Assembly (NCBI GenBank): GCA_036821145.1
Contig: DAISJZ010000005.1
Span: 1,029 to 65,028, forward strand
Length of the DNA stretch: 64,000 nucleotides
Direction of reading: 5' to 3'
Source: Spirochaetota bacterium
Lineage (GTDB): Bacteria; Spirochaetota; UBA4802; UBA5550
In this document: in pieces, positions 63,973 to 64,000 of the stretch
Layout of the letters: each line of letters begins with the position of its first letter
Position numbering within the stretch: the stretch's first letter is position 1
Translations under genes and position numbers: made by a program
Notes under the pieces: model-generated
What the model was told of the DNA's origin: nothing
What the model saw: only the letters and a program-made list of their open reading frames with translations
Databases searched by the model: none

Positions 63973-64000
63973 AAGAGGGAGATAAAGAGGAAACAAAATG

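Noticed and set aside
63998-64000. ATG preceded by AGAGGAAACAAA at the right edge
   Set aside because: It is probably the start of the next gene in the crotonase operon. Only the start codon lies inside the window, so I cannot call a feature.
1-64000. Search for rRNA, tRNA, CRISPR arrays, IS elements, integrases and prophage genes
   Set aside because: No intergenic region shows tRNA-like cloverleaf potential or rRNA-like sequence. There are no spacer-separated direct repeats, and no ORF has transposase or integrase hallmarks. The only repeats are the paralogous metabolic and regulatory genes.

Overview
The window is chromosomal DNA from a moderately AT-rich bacterium, probably an anaerobic fermenter. 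I base that on radical-SAM enzymes, two-subunit Fe-S fumarate hydratase, 4-hydroxybutyryl-CoA dehydratase, a sigma-54 activator and an MCP-like protein; I cannot name the taxon. I found no rRNA, tRNA, CRISPR array, transposase or integrase.

The left part (1-32.7 kb) is mostly housekeeping: ygiQ, sfsA, tatD, pyrB, pyrC, radC, tsaD, an S41 protease, a NUDIX CoA pyrophosphatase and fumarate hydratase. Several poorly characterised operons are interspersed:
- a 792-aa unknown protein with a phosphatidylserine-decarboxylase-like protein and an Lgt paralogue;
- a ferredoxin with a B12-binding radical-SAM enzyme;
- a HAMP-only protein, a TauE-family membrane protein and a HAMP-less MCP;
- an orphan HTH-fused N6-adenine methyltransferase directly behind pyrBC.

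The right half (33-64 kb) is a dense acyl-CoA/butyrate-type metabolic island.
- A CBS-PAS sigma-54 activator sits upstream of four TGTTTCA-N4-TGAAACA palindromes and a near-consensus -24/-12 promoter. These appear to drive abfD, a small CGGC ORF missing from the ORF track, a 4-hydroxybutyrate CoA-transferase and an unclassified permease.
- Three paralogous pairs of a soluble PAS/HisKA_3 histidine kinase and a LuxR-type response regulator follow. Each pair is embedded in its own duplicated set of thiolase, crotonase, acyl-CoA dehydrogenase (two lineages) and CoA-transferase genes.
- The kinase/regulator gene overlap is conserved in all three pairs. Three target genes carry an upstream (G/A)ACCAC(A/G) box at a fixed 21-nt distance from a -35-like hexamer.

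The triplicated regulatory module is my best candidate for a previously undescribed system. All product calls come from reading motifs by eye; I ran no database search.
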